This document shows positions 52,633-64,000 of a stretch of 64,000 nucleotides of DNA, piece after piece. The position numbers and the translations under genes are program-made. The stretch's first letter is position 1. Each line of letters opens with the position of its first letter. The notes below the pieces were generated by a model, which had not been told where the DNA came from, made no database searches, and worked only from the letters and a program-made list of their open reading frames with translations. This DNA comes from Eledone cirrhosa (taxonomy: Eukaryota). The stretch lies in NCBI GenBank assembly GCA_964016885.1, contig OZ024758.1:32302001-32366000 (forward strand), given 5' to 3'.

Positions 52633-54344
52633 TTTAATTTTCCCGAGGTTAACTTTGCCTTTCATCCTTACGGGGTCGATAAAATAAAGTACCAGTAATG
52701 TACTGGGTAATTGCTGGCCTTGTGCCAAAAGTAGAAACAATTATTCTATATATACTGTTGTATTTTCACAGTAAAGGCTTTACCTCACATAATATCTCAT
52801 ATAATATCAAATCTATGAGATTTTGATATTATGTTATTTATTTTGAGAACAATACCTTAACATCAGTATGAGCAACTGGTTACAGTTGGTTTGAACAGAA
52901 AGAGGTGAAAGAATTTTGGCCGGATAGGGCCTGTTTAAATGCTAAAGGGTTAAACAAACTATACAGGGTCAATCAAAGAGAATCATCATCATCATGAAGC
53001 AGACTGAAAAGCATGTAAAAATTGTAAATAATTTTATATAAATTTATAAAAGTTATATAAAAAAAGAAACTTTATATTCAGACATGGATTGTACAAGTCA
53101 TCACATGATTATATAGTCATTTGTTTTAAAAATATAGCTTTTTAAAATTGATTCATTTTGATACAGCCTGTATTTAATATATAATGTCCTATTAGTAAGA
53201 CCAAGAAATCTACTTTAATAGTGAAACTGGCAGATAGAAGGAATGAAGCTAACACCTACAAGTTGTTAATAAATTGCTCTTAAAGTTAACAAATCATTTA
53301 AGCAATTTTCAATGAAAATTGGTTTTGTGAATTTTCTCTTGCTATTTGGTGTTAAAATGCTAATTTTCATCTGATGCCAGTATAACTAAAACAATATAAA
53401 AATGTTGTTAATGAAGTAAGGTCACTTGAGACAATATGTGAAACCGCACAACTAATATTGGAATCAGTGATTAGTATTTAGTATATATTGGTGTTTCCCA
53501 AACTTTTCTGCTAAGGATGTATGACTATGTTGAGTCACATCACACTATATTTATTTCACTTAACTTTTGAAAATTATAAAACTGTAAAACTGGTAATGTT
53601 ATTGTAAATAAATCTTCTTAAAGACTCTAATTGCATTTTCAACTTCTTTTCCCTATATTTCTACCAGTGTAGGATATTTAAAAAACCTTTGATATTAAAT
53701 TCTAAATACCAAGATATATTTTTTTAAATAAGCAGTCTAATTTTAATGTCTATCGACAGTAAAATATTTACATGAAGTCTTTAAATGAAAGTTTTAGAAA
53801 TTTCAGGTATGGTTTATACAGATTTAGTGACAATCAACATAAAAGTTTCAGAATTGAAATAACTACCAAATATTTGTGTATAAGTCACACTTTTCTCTAT
53901 AAAACTATTACACAAAACCAGCATGCAACTGATTTGTCTACTTGACCTACAAAACCTGAATTAAAAGTCAAGAATGCTGTATGTAAAATATATATACACA
54001 CACACAAACATATATATGTGTGTGTGTGTGTATAAACACAAACAAATAAAAAGAACTGTTTTCCCAAACTATGATGAAATAATGATGATGATGAGATTGA
54101 AAGAAGAATATATTATTTAATGTGAAAGTTTGTTTCTAATCAGGATCAAACAATTGTAAGTATATCCCAGATGTCATAACAATAGGGTGGAATATGTGAC
54201 CATAAATTAGTTTTGTTTCACTAACAAACATTTGGCATTTTCCCATGGTAAACAATAATGTTATCCAGAGATCATTTAGTGCAGATTCCGCTTAGAGTAG
54301 TACTTAGCAAAGTAGTTGTATCAGAATTCAGTCAATTTCAACAT

Positions 54345-54396
<52 letters not shown>

Positions 54397-54685
54397 GTAT
54401 GTAAAAGGTAAACAGAAATAACAACACAATCGGTATATATATAGAGAGAGAGAGAGAAAAAGGGAGACAGAGATTATCAATTAAAACATCACAATCCACA
54501 AGTGTGGGAATAACATTTATTGCAATAAATGTTATTCCTAAACTTCTAAGATTTCTGTGCCTTGTGATTTGAACACATATATATCCGTGTTTGTCTCACT
54601 TAACTGTATTATAAGGGTCAGAAAAATATTTTCCTTGAGCTATTTTGATTATAGGGGACTATCGTGAGTTTTTCACTCAATATAA

Positions 54686-55351
54686 TCATTAGCTAAGATC
54701 TTTCTTTCCCTTATTAAAAAGTATTTCCCCTCAGCACATAAATATAATAAAATTGTTAATAGAAATGCCATTAAAATATCTTACTCTACAACTCCTAACC
54801 TTGCACATAACATCACAGCTTCAAATTTAGCTAAATTACCTAGCTGTAGGAACACGTGCAACCCTGTAGTTAGTACTAACTGTAATTGTAGGAATCGGGT
54901 TGACTGCCCTCTATCCAGAAAATGCCTCACCAGTAACATTGTCTACAAATGTAAGGTCAAAACACCCACATCCTGTAGGGCCTACACAGGGTTAACCGCC
55001 AATAGATTCAAGCAGCGTCTTTACATGCATACCAATTCTTTCCTTAACCCTTTAAGAAGGAATATGACGTCACTTTCAGCTTATATCTGGGGACTAAAAG
55101 ACAACCACACCCAATATAGGTTACACTGGGAGATCCTAGCTAAGGCTAGATCATATAACGGAAATAAAAGACCATGTGATCTTTGCGCCGCTGAAACCCT
55201 GGAAATACTCTACGCCAAAGACCAGATCTTAAACAAAAAATCTGAGGCAATTTCAGCTTGTAAACACAAATTGCATAAAACTTTCCTGTATTACAGCCCC
55301 ACATTATACCCTAACGAACAATACGCGGATATTTACGTCTTGGTGTGGTAG
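54686..55351 (+). mobile_element. Penelope-like element 3' part: RT-thumb end, Cys linker and GIY-YIG endonuclease
   Basis: Open frame KISYSTTPN...CNC....CPL..KC...IVY.C.......YTGLT...FKQR...H...CDLC..E...LNKKSE...CKH. Confidence 0.85.
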
Positions 55352-56082
55352 CTAAGTATATTTTATGTTTAAACCATTACTTATTTGTATAGGTAAGTAT
55401 ACCTTACCCGTATGTTTTGTGAAGGTATGTATACTTTCTCAAATGTATATATGCTTGTATTTGTTATAAGTGTATATATTATATTATTATATACTGGTAT
55501 GTGTGTATTTTGTGTTCGTATGTGTATGCATGTATGTAAAGTGTGTATATGTGTACATTGTTTTGGTTGACGTGCGTATGGTGAACATGTGTGTTTTTAC
55601 CTGTAGTTATGTGCGTGCATTATGTAGTATATTTATATACATTTATATTATATGTATACACACACACATATATATATATATATATATTTTTTTATGTGTA
55701 TTTGGTGTATATGTTCTTATGTGTGCGAGTACATGTCGCGCGGGTTTATGTATGTGTGCGCGTGTTTATGTGTATGGTGTGTTTTCGCGTATGCACGTGT
55801 ATCTACGTATATAGATGTGCGTATGTATATATTTAATTATTATTACTTTTATAATTCTAATAACGTGTCATTGTCGTTCAACTAATTTATTTACATTATT
55901 CTTAACTCTGAAGCCGAGAATCATTCGGTTTCCTAAATAAAATATTAGTCTACGACTTCATTTATACCATAAAATTGCTCCACATAACGACGTATTGCCA
56001 GGGAACGTATCCACAAACCAAAGTATCGTCTTCCTGTTTTCCTTCGGTTGTAACGTTTTTCGAAATATTTACTTCTGCGTTC

Positions 56083-56160
56083 ACAGATTGATTTTTTTTT
56101 AGTTTCAGAAGATCCCGTTAAGGGTGAAAGCAGCGATTCTTTGCTTAAACTTTAATCTGT
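56083..56160 (+). ncRNA. Hammerhead motif, U4A variant, downstream of the Penelope-like ORF
   Basis: ACAGATT..AGTTT-CAGAAGA-TCCC GTTAA GGGT-GAAA-GCA...TGC-TT^AAACT..AATCTGT; homologue at 63897-63973. Confidence 0.68.
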
Positions 56161-56162
56161 TA

Positions 56163-56206
<44 letters not shown>

Positions 56207-56276
56207 TGAGTTATAAACTCGATATAGTCTTATACAATTAAATAGCTCAAAGAAGGGAATATTTCTGAGCTGTGTA

Positions 56277-56899
56277 ATACAAATGAATATATGAGGGATG
56301 AACATCTATACAATTATAGAAGTGTTCGGATTGCAAATGACCAAGTTACCTAGGTTGAAAAAATACTAATTTAACATAATATGGTTTGCCTGTCTCGATT
56401 TAAATGAATAAATCAATAAAAATAACAAACCTATATTGGCAATGGCCGTGATACCTGGACAAATTTCAAATTTGTTTCACAACAATTAAGAGAAAGTTAC
56501 TATTCCTGTGCTCTTCTGCAGGTATCCAGAAATTGGTACCTTCCACTTCAAAATACTTAAGAAGACTGAGAAACATGTGTTGTTGAACGCACATGTGTCC
56601 CAGCACCTAACTCGTCTCATATCCGTGCCGCTAAAAATAGCAGTCAGTTTTATGGGACTAGTAATTTTCACTTAATTGTTGCTAAACAAATTAAAAATTT
56701 GTCAAACAGATTTAAAATTTGTCCAGGTATCACGGTCATTGCCAATATATGTTTGTTATTTTTATTGATTTATTCATTTAAATCGAGAAAGGCAAACCAT
56801 ATTATGTTAAATTAGTATTTTTTCAACCTAGCTAACTTGGTCATTTGCAATCCGAACACTTCTATAATTGTATAGATGTTCATCCCTCATATATTCATT

Positions 56900-56903
<4 letters not shown>
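56277..56903. repeat. Long inverted repeat (~200-bp arms, ~180-bp spacer)
   Basis: TACAAATGAATATATGAGGGATGAAC... versus ...GTTCATCCCTCATATATTCATTTGTA; arms nearly identical. Confidence 0.9.
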
Positions 56904-56950
<47 letters not shown>

Positions 56951-57174
56951 TTATATATATATATATACACACATATATATATATGTATATTCATATATAT
57001 ATATACATATAGTAAAATAAAACAAGGATGAGTGGTTACTCCTTCCTGGATATATATATACATATATATATATAAAAAAAATATATATATATACATATAT
57101 AGTTTTAATAGTTTTATACTCTGCTATGTACCTTACTTACTGTGGTTACCTCAGATTCAATCCGGAATAACTTA

Positions 57175-57181
57175 CATATAC

Positions 57182-57227
<46 letters not shown>

Positions 57228-58231
57228 ATATACATATACATATATATATACATATATACATATACATATATATATATACATATACATATATATATGTATA
57301 TGTATATATACATATATATATATACATATATATATATACACATATATATATACATATATACCTATATATATATACATATACATATATATATATATATATG
57401 TATATGTATATATACATATATACATATATATATATACATATATATATATACATATACATATATATATACATATATACATATATATATACATATATATATA
57501 TATACATATATATATACATATATATATATACATATACATATATATATACATATATACATATATATATATACATATATATATATACATATATATATACATA
57601 TATATATACATATATATATATACATATACATATATATATACATATATATATATACATATACATATATATATATATATATATATACATATATATACATATA
57701 TATATATACATATATATATATACATATACATATATATATATATATATACATATATATACATATATATATATATCATCATCATCATTTTACGTCCGCTTTT
57801 CCCTGCTTGCAAGGGTGGGACGGGAACTGATTCTGGCTTGATTTCTACAGCTGGATGCCCTTCCTAACACCAACCTCATTTACAGTGAGTGCTGGGTGCT
57901 TTTTTGCCATGGCACCTACACGACCACTTTGCAGTGGAATGATAGGGACCCCAGTCCCTATCATCTCATTTCTACAGCTGAGTAAACTGGAGCAATGTGA
58001 AATAAAGTGTCTTGCTCAAGGAAACAACACATCACCCGGTCTGAGAATTGAACTCACAACCTTTCGATTGCAAGCCCAATGCTCTAACCACTAAGCCATG
58101 TGCCTCCATATATATACATATATATATATATACATATATATATACATATATATACATATACATATATATATATATATACATATATATATACATATATATA
58201 TACATATATATATATATACATATATATATAC

Positions 58232-58262
<31 letters not shown>

Positions 58263-58275
58263 CATATATATATAC

Positions 58276-58314
<39 letters not shown>

Positions 58315-58479
58315 CATATATATATACATATACATATATATATATACATATACATATATATATATACACATATATATATACATATACATATATATATACA
58401 TATACATATATATATATACATATATATATATACATATATATATACATATATATATACATATATATATATACATATACAT

Positions 58480-58538
<59 letters not shown>

Positions 58539-58630
58539 CATACATATACATATATATATATACATATACATATATATATATATATATACATATATATATA
58601 CATATACATATATATATACATATACATATA

Positions 58631-58662
<32 letters not shown>

Positions 58663-58665
58663 CAC

Positions 58666-58698
<33 letters not shown>

Positions 58699-58747
58699 CA
58701 TATATATATACATATATATATATATACATATACACATATATATATAT

Positions 58748-58796
<49 letters not shown>

Positions 58797-58823
58797 CATA
58801 TATATATACATATATATATATAC

Positions 58824-58870
<47 letters not shown>

Positions 58871-58913
58871 TATACATATATATATATACATATATATACA
58901 TATATATATATAC

Positions 58914-58972
<59 letters not shown>

Positions 58973-59000
58973 CATATATATACATATATATATATATACA
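57175..59000. repeat. Large (TA)n/(TACA) microsatellite field interrupted by a family-A SINE (57773-58108)
   Basis: Direct reading of the sequence; source of the many spurious YI-repeat ORFs. Confidence 0.95.
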
Positions 59001-59174
59001 TTGTGTAAGATCTGCCTATGAGGCAGATCTTACACAGTGCAGCCTCGACAGAAGAATAGTGCTCCACTATGGCAGACAATTGATATACCCAGGACACCAT
59101 AGTGAAATACCAACATATGGAACATTACATTTATGTAACATTCTTTCCTTATTTTAATCTATATTCCTTTTGAA

Positions 59175-59293
59175 GTTCCGATGAGCTGCTCTATTTCTAC
59201 CTATGTTAATTATTTTCAACTGAACCAGATCAATAATGATATATAATCACTTGATCCAGAAATATTATATGGAGTAGCGAAACAATTGTAAAC
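59175..59293 (+). ncRNA. Hammerhead motif, U4C variant with ~95-nt stem II
   Basis: GTT-CCGATGA-GCTGCTCTA...TGGAGTAGC-GAAA-CAATTG-TA^AAC. Confidence 0.68.
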
Positions 59294-59666
59294 GGACATT
59301 ATTATTATTATTATTTTCTACATTCCTTACATCAAACTAAAATATGTTGACAATCTTTTAATAATGTCTTCTTTGTGAAATCTGTGGTCTTGTTTTGCTT
59401 AACTAATGAATATTTCCAGCTCTGTGCACCTAACCTCTGCATGAACCCAGCCACCTAACTGCCTTCCACTGCATATTGCACATTGAGCACATGCCTTTAC
59501 GCTTTGGCTTCTAACTAATTCACCAATCTCTCCTCTCCTATCTCCATCTCTCTCTTTAAGATTGGTTACTCTTGAACTGCATATATATATATATACATTA
59601 TGAAGAGAGAAGAAACATTAGATATAATTAGCAATAAGATATATCATACCTAAGCTGCTTCTATAG

Positions 59667-59760
59667 TCCCCGACTACGTAGTTTCGTTTCATATTATGCA
59701 AAAACACTAGATCATAGAGATATAGAGTTTTTGTGAGGTTCTGCCGACTTATCAAGGGGA
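59667..59760 (-). ncRNA. Hammerhead motif, U3-A8 variant (left arm of inverted repeat 59597-60203); stem II partly disrupted
   Basis: Minus strand: TCCCC-TTGATAA-GTCGGCA...TGAAAC-GAAA-CTACGTAG-TC^GGGGA. Confidence 0.68.
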
Positions 59761-60039
59761 TACCTCATTAAGGGTTTCAAAACACGTCTGTGATGCGCGA
59801 GATAGTATCTCGAAAAGGCGGAGGGAGAGTCAATCACGTGATACAGCGGTCAAGAAACAGAGCTAAGCCCCTTATAACCTTGAAAAAAATACCACGGAGG
59901 CGGAGTAACCTTTGAAGTGTAGTGACTGCTGGATAGCTACCATTACTCATACTTCTCGCCTCCTCAAACCACCGCTTCTACGGCTTTGATATAAATACCC
60001 CCTCCGCCTCCGTGGTATTTTTTTCAAGGTTATAAGGTA

Positions 60040-60133
60040 TCCCCTTGATAAGTCGGCAGAACCTCACAAAAACTCTATATCTCTATCATCTAGAGTTTTT
60101 GCATAATATGCCACGAAACTACGTAGTCGGGGA
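60040..60133 (+). ncRNA. Hammerhead motif, U3-A8 variant (right arm)
   Basis: TCCCC-TTGATAA(60045)-GTCGGCA...TGCCAC-GAAA(60115)-CTACGTAG-TC^GGGGA. Confidence 0.78.
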
Positions 60134-60605
60134 CTATAGAAGCAGCTTAGGTATGATATATCTTATTACTAATTATATCTCATGTTTCTTCTCTCTTCAT
60201 AATGTACTTTATAGCTCTGATACTGAATCAGTCTAATCCATTCGGATTGGTTTGTCCCAGTTATTCATAGAGCAACATCGGTTGAGGTTGGTACCACTAA
60301 CTCAGCGATATGTGTGGATATATTCATGTGTATGTATGTGTCCGCATGTATCTGTGTGTTTCTCTTTATATATTGTATATATACATATATATATACATAT
60401 ATATATACCCACACTGTAAATGTGGTTGGTCCCACACTGTAAATGTGGCTGGTGTTAGGAAGGGCATCCAGCTGTAGAAAACCCGCCAGACAGTCCTATG
60501 CGAGCAAGACAACCACTCTTGCCTCAAGTGGGAAAACTCCCGTCCAAACCCATGCAAGCGTGGAACATGGACGTTAAACGATGATGATGATGATGATATA
60601 TATAT

Positions 60606-60744
<139 letters not shown>

Positions 60745-60765
60745 CATACATATATATATATATAC

Positions 60766-60820
<55 letters not shown>

Positions 60821-60852
60821 CACATATATACATATACATATATATATATATA

Positions 60853-61280
60853 CTTGGTAGATAAGCCAGGAACTACCATAAAATCCCTGATCACCAAAAT
60901 ATACCCCTTTAAGAAAACCCACTGTACTAATAAGAAATGTGTTATATGTAAAGTAAACCTTCAGATAAAGTGTAAAACTAGAAATGTAGTCTCTAGCATA
61001 AGATGTACAGAGGGTACTTGCAGAAACATGATGACATACATAGGTGAGACAGCTCGTAGCATAAGAGAAAGGATAGACCAACACTGGGGGGAATTAAAAG
61101 GACACAAAAAAAAAACGGTTCAGTACTATACGCCAGACAACAACATGACTGTAACATAGACAACATAGAAATTAAAATAATATCTAAACATAGAAATGAC
61201 CCAGCAAGTAGGCAAATCAGAGAAGCAAGCAAAATTGAGCTTAGAAGGCCAAAGCTAAAGAGAAAGAATGAATGGAATAA
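60853..61280 (+). mobile_element. Second Penelope-like GIY-YIG endonuclease fragment (frameshifted)
   Basis: C....C.IC.......C...NVV..I.C....C.....[11 protein letters not shown]...H, then RQIREA..I....PKL..KNEW. Confidence 0.8.
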
Positions 61281-61357
61281 CAACAACACCCAAACAAACA
61301 ATACTGACTTAAGAGAAATATAAATAAATATATACACAAGCACAATAACAACAAACA

Positions 61358-62263
61358 TCTGTATATATATAAAATTAAGTATGTGTGTGTGTCTGTGTAT
61401 TACCTATAGGGGCCTACATCTTACGACTGATTTTCATGAAACTTTACAGGCTCATAGATTAGTCATAGGGGAGTGTTTTCTATATATCAGCATATGGTTT
61501 TTTTTATGCCGGGGTCATTCTGCAGATAAAAATCGATAGGGAGGTCACCTTTTTTTAGGTATTGAAAAATAAGACTTTTGGCTCTAGCTCCCACATTTTG
61601 CCACCGATTTCATTCAAATTTTAAAGCAAAATAGAATTTATCATTGCACATCCTGTAATGGCTTTATATTTTGCATTTGTTGTTCAGGGACGGCATGGCA
61701 GCCACTTAAATATTCAAAAATACCACTTTTAGACTCAAATTTCCACTTTTTCGGCTCTAGCTCCCACATTAATCAACCTACTTTGTTCAAATTTTACACT
61801 ACGCTAGATCTGATTATTTCACGTCTTAAAGTGGCTTTACATTTTGGATTTTTTGTTCAGGAATGACATGGCAGCCGCTTAAATATTCGAAAATACCACC
61901 TTTTTGGCTCTAGCTCCCACATTTTTCAACCAATTTCATTCAAATTCGAAACTTCGGCTCCACCTCACACTTAAATCAATTTATTTGGTTCAACTTTTAT
62001 ACTACGATAGAACCTATCATTGCACATCTTATAGTAGCTTTACACAATTTGGCTTAGTGTTAGAGGTCATTACCTCCCTCCCTCAGCATGCCCCTCCGTC
62101 AGTTACCCGCGTTTCTCAGTGATAGAGGTCATTACCACCCTCCCCCGCATGGCCTGTGTGTGGCCATAGATGAGTCATCGAGAAGCAGTCGCTAAGATCA
62201 ACACCTTTTCATCAAAGCAGATATTATTTTACCTACCCAGGCAACGCTGGGTACTGCTGCTAG
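61358..62263 (+). mobile_element. Non-autonomous Helitron-like element, family 2, inserted in the Penelope 3' region
   Basis: A|TC start; three internal GGCTCTAGCTCCCACATT repeats; hairpin TACCCAG-GCAACG-CTGGGTA; CTAG|T end. Confidence 0.75.
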
Positions 62264-62419
62264 TATATTATAAACTAAGATAGAATACAATAACCAAAAC
62301 ACAGTCATCCAAACGTGAACACAAACACCGGACACTATACACATACGCAGAGAAGAAGACAAAAATAAACAGATAAAATAAAATTAGAGTAGACATACAA
62401 TACAACAGGAGGAAACATA

Positions 62420-62473
62420 ATAGTACCACTGATGATGTTGCAGATGTGCAACGAAAGAACTTTGTTAGACTAT
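62420..62473 (+). ncRNA. Hammerhead motif in the presumed pLTR of the 60853 Penelope fragment
   Basis: ATAGT-ACCA-CTGATGA-T-GTTGCA GATG TGCAAC-GAAA-GAAC-TT^TGTT-AG-ACTAT (one stem I mismatch). Confidence 0.65.
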
Positions 62474-62764
62474 ATATATGTATTTATATCTGTATTTTTG
62501 GCTGTTGGTCAGTCAATGATAAAGATTGATTGCCAAATAAATTAACTGTGTAGATATAAAAGATACAGAGGTGAAAACCAACCAAACAGTGAGTGTGTTC
62601 TGTTATTATTTCAGGCAATATTATTACAACATATTACAAGTATAACAATATAACAATATCTGTTTCGACACACGATTTCATATCAAAAACTTCGCAAAAC
62701 TATATATATATATATAAGGAAAAGAAATCGAAAATGCAACTGGAGTCTTCTTAAGAATATTTGT

Positions 62765-62805
62765 TACCTTTACCGGTTTCACAGTTCTTCTGCTTTTCAA
62801 AAGTA
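62765..62805 (-). ncRNA. Ultra-short hammerhead motif, U3-A8 variant
   Basis: Minus strand: TACTT-TTGAAAA-GCAG AAGAA CTGT-GAAA-CCGG-TA^AAGGTA. Confidence 0.65.
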
Positions 62806-63896
62806 GAGCTAAGTTGGAGGGTTTGTGGTTTTTCTCGCAACTGTACATATATATATATGTACATATTATTATATATCATCATCATCATCACCGTTTTATG
62901 TCCGTTTTTCAACGCTAGCATGGGTTAGACGGGTTGTCCTGTTGTGGGCAGTGACCGGTTGGCTGACCATGCCTTGCTCATATGGGAACTGATTCTGGCT
63001 TGATTTCTACAGCTGGATGCCCTTCCTAACACCAACCCCATTTACAGTGAGTGCTGGGTGCTTTTTTTCCGTGGCACCTCCACGTCTACTTTACAGTGTG
63101 GGCTGGGAGCTTATTTGCCGTGGCACGACCACTTTGCAGTGGGAGGGTATAATAGGGATAAGTTATGGAGTGCAGGAGAGAAGGCTGAGATGGTATGGAC
63201 ATGTGATGTGCATGGAGGATGTCCGCTGGGTAAAGAAGTGCCAAAAAATCCCAGTAGAAGGAAGACGCGGAGGTGGTAAGAGCAGATATCAGATCACTGA
63301 ATCTCACAGATGAGATGACAAAGGACTATGACGAATGGAGACATGCCGTGCTTAATAAGACCCGTCCCACCCTTGCAAGCAGGGAAAAGCGGATGTAAAA
63401 TGATGATGTTGATAAAATGTATACATGTGGAGGCACATGGCTTAGTGGTTAGAGCATTGGGCTTGCAATCGAAAGGTTGTGAGTTCAATTCTCAGACCGG
63501 GTGATGTGTTGTTTCCTTGAGCAAGACACTTTATTTCACATTGCTCCAGTTTACTCAGCTGTAGAAATGAGATTATAGGGACTGGGGTCCCTATCATTCC
63601 ACTGCAAAGAGGACGTGGAGGCGCCACGGAAAAAAAGCACCCAGCCCACACTGTAAATGAGGTTGGTGTTAGGAAGGGCATCCAGCTGTAGAAATCAAGC
63701 CAGAATCAGTTCCTGTCCCACCCTTGCAAGCAGGGAAAAGCAGACGTAAAATGATGATGATGATGATGATGATGATATATATATATAAAACACACAAATA
63801 TATATATAAATAAAACATATATACATATATATATATATATGGTTTCTAAAGGCAATATTTGATCATAATGTTTTTGAAATATCTACTTCTGCATCC

Positions 63897-63973
63897 ACAG
63901 ATTGATTTTTCTCAATTTCAGATGATCCGCTTAGAGTGAAAGCAGAAATCATTTGCTCAAACTTTCAATCTGT
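63897..63973 (+). ncRNA. Hammerhead motif, U4A variant
   Basis: ACAGATTGA..AATTT-CAGATGA-TCCGCTTAGAGT-GAAA-GCAGA...TTTGC-TC^AAACT..TCAATCTGT. Confidence 0.6.
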
Positions 63974-64000
63974 ACTATAAGTAAATATTTGCTCTATGGA

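Noticed and set aside
57032-59157. Long ORFs of 200-370 aa rich in YI/IY
   Set aside because: Translations of TA/CA microsatellite, which lacks stop codons.
63429-63500. tRNA-like sequence with a GCA anticodon loop
   Set aside because: It is the head of SINE family A, with no proper acceptor stem.

Overview
AT-rich, repeat-dense animal DNA; the repeat repertoire (RTE LINEs with (ATG)n tails, tRNA-SINEs, very long TA/CA microsatellites) suggests an octopod cephalopod, which is an inference. The window appears to lie mostly inside introns of one minus-strand SLC4 (AE2/AE3-type) anion-exchanger gene. Two clear exons are present (2860-3156, 6925-7177), plus two homologous 36-nt microexons (28275-28310, 45275-45310) that look mutually exclusive. 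The introns hold decayed RTE, Tx1, CRE and Penelope-like retroelements, two SINE families, Helitron-like elements, Tc1/piggyBac/hAT elements and a 5S-rRNA/SINE chimera. The most striking signal, found by reading the sequence by eye, is about 22 type-I hammerhead-ribozyme motifs from roughly ten sequence families. They include natural core variants (U3-A8 covariation, U4C, U4A). Most sit in short non-coding, (TA)n-embedded head-to-head inverted repeats that all share the same polarity. All folds were done by eye; nothing was computed or searched. Most ORFs in the supplied track are microsatellite or antisense artefacts.
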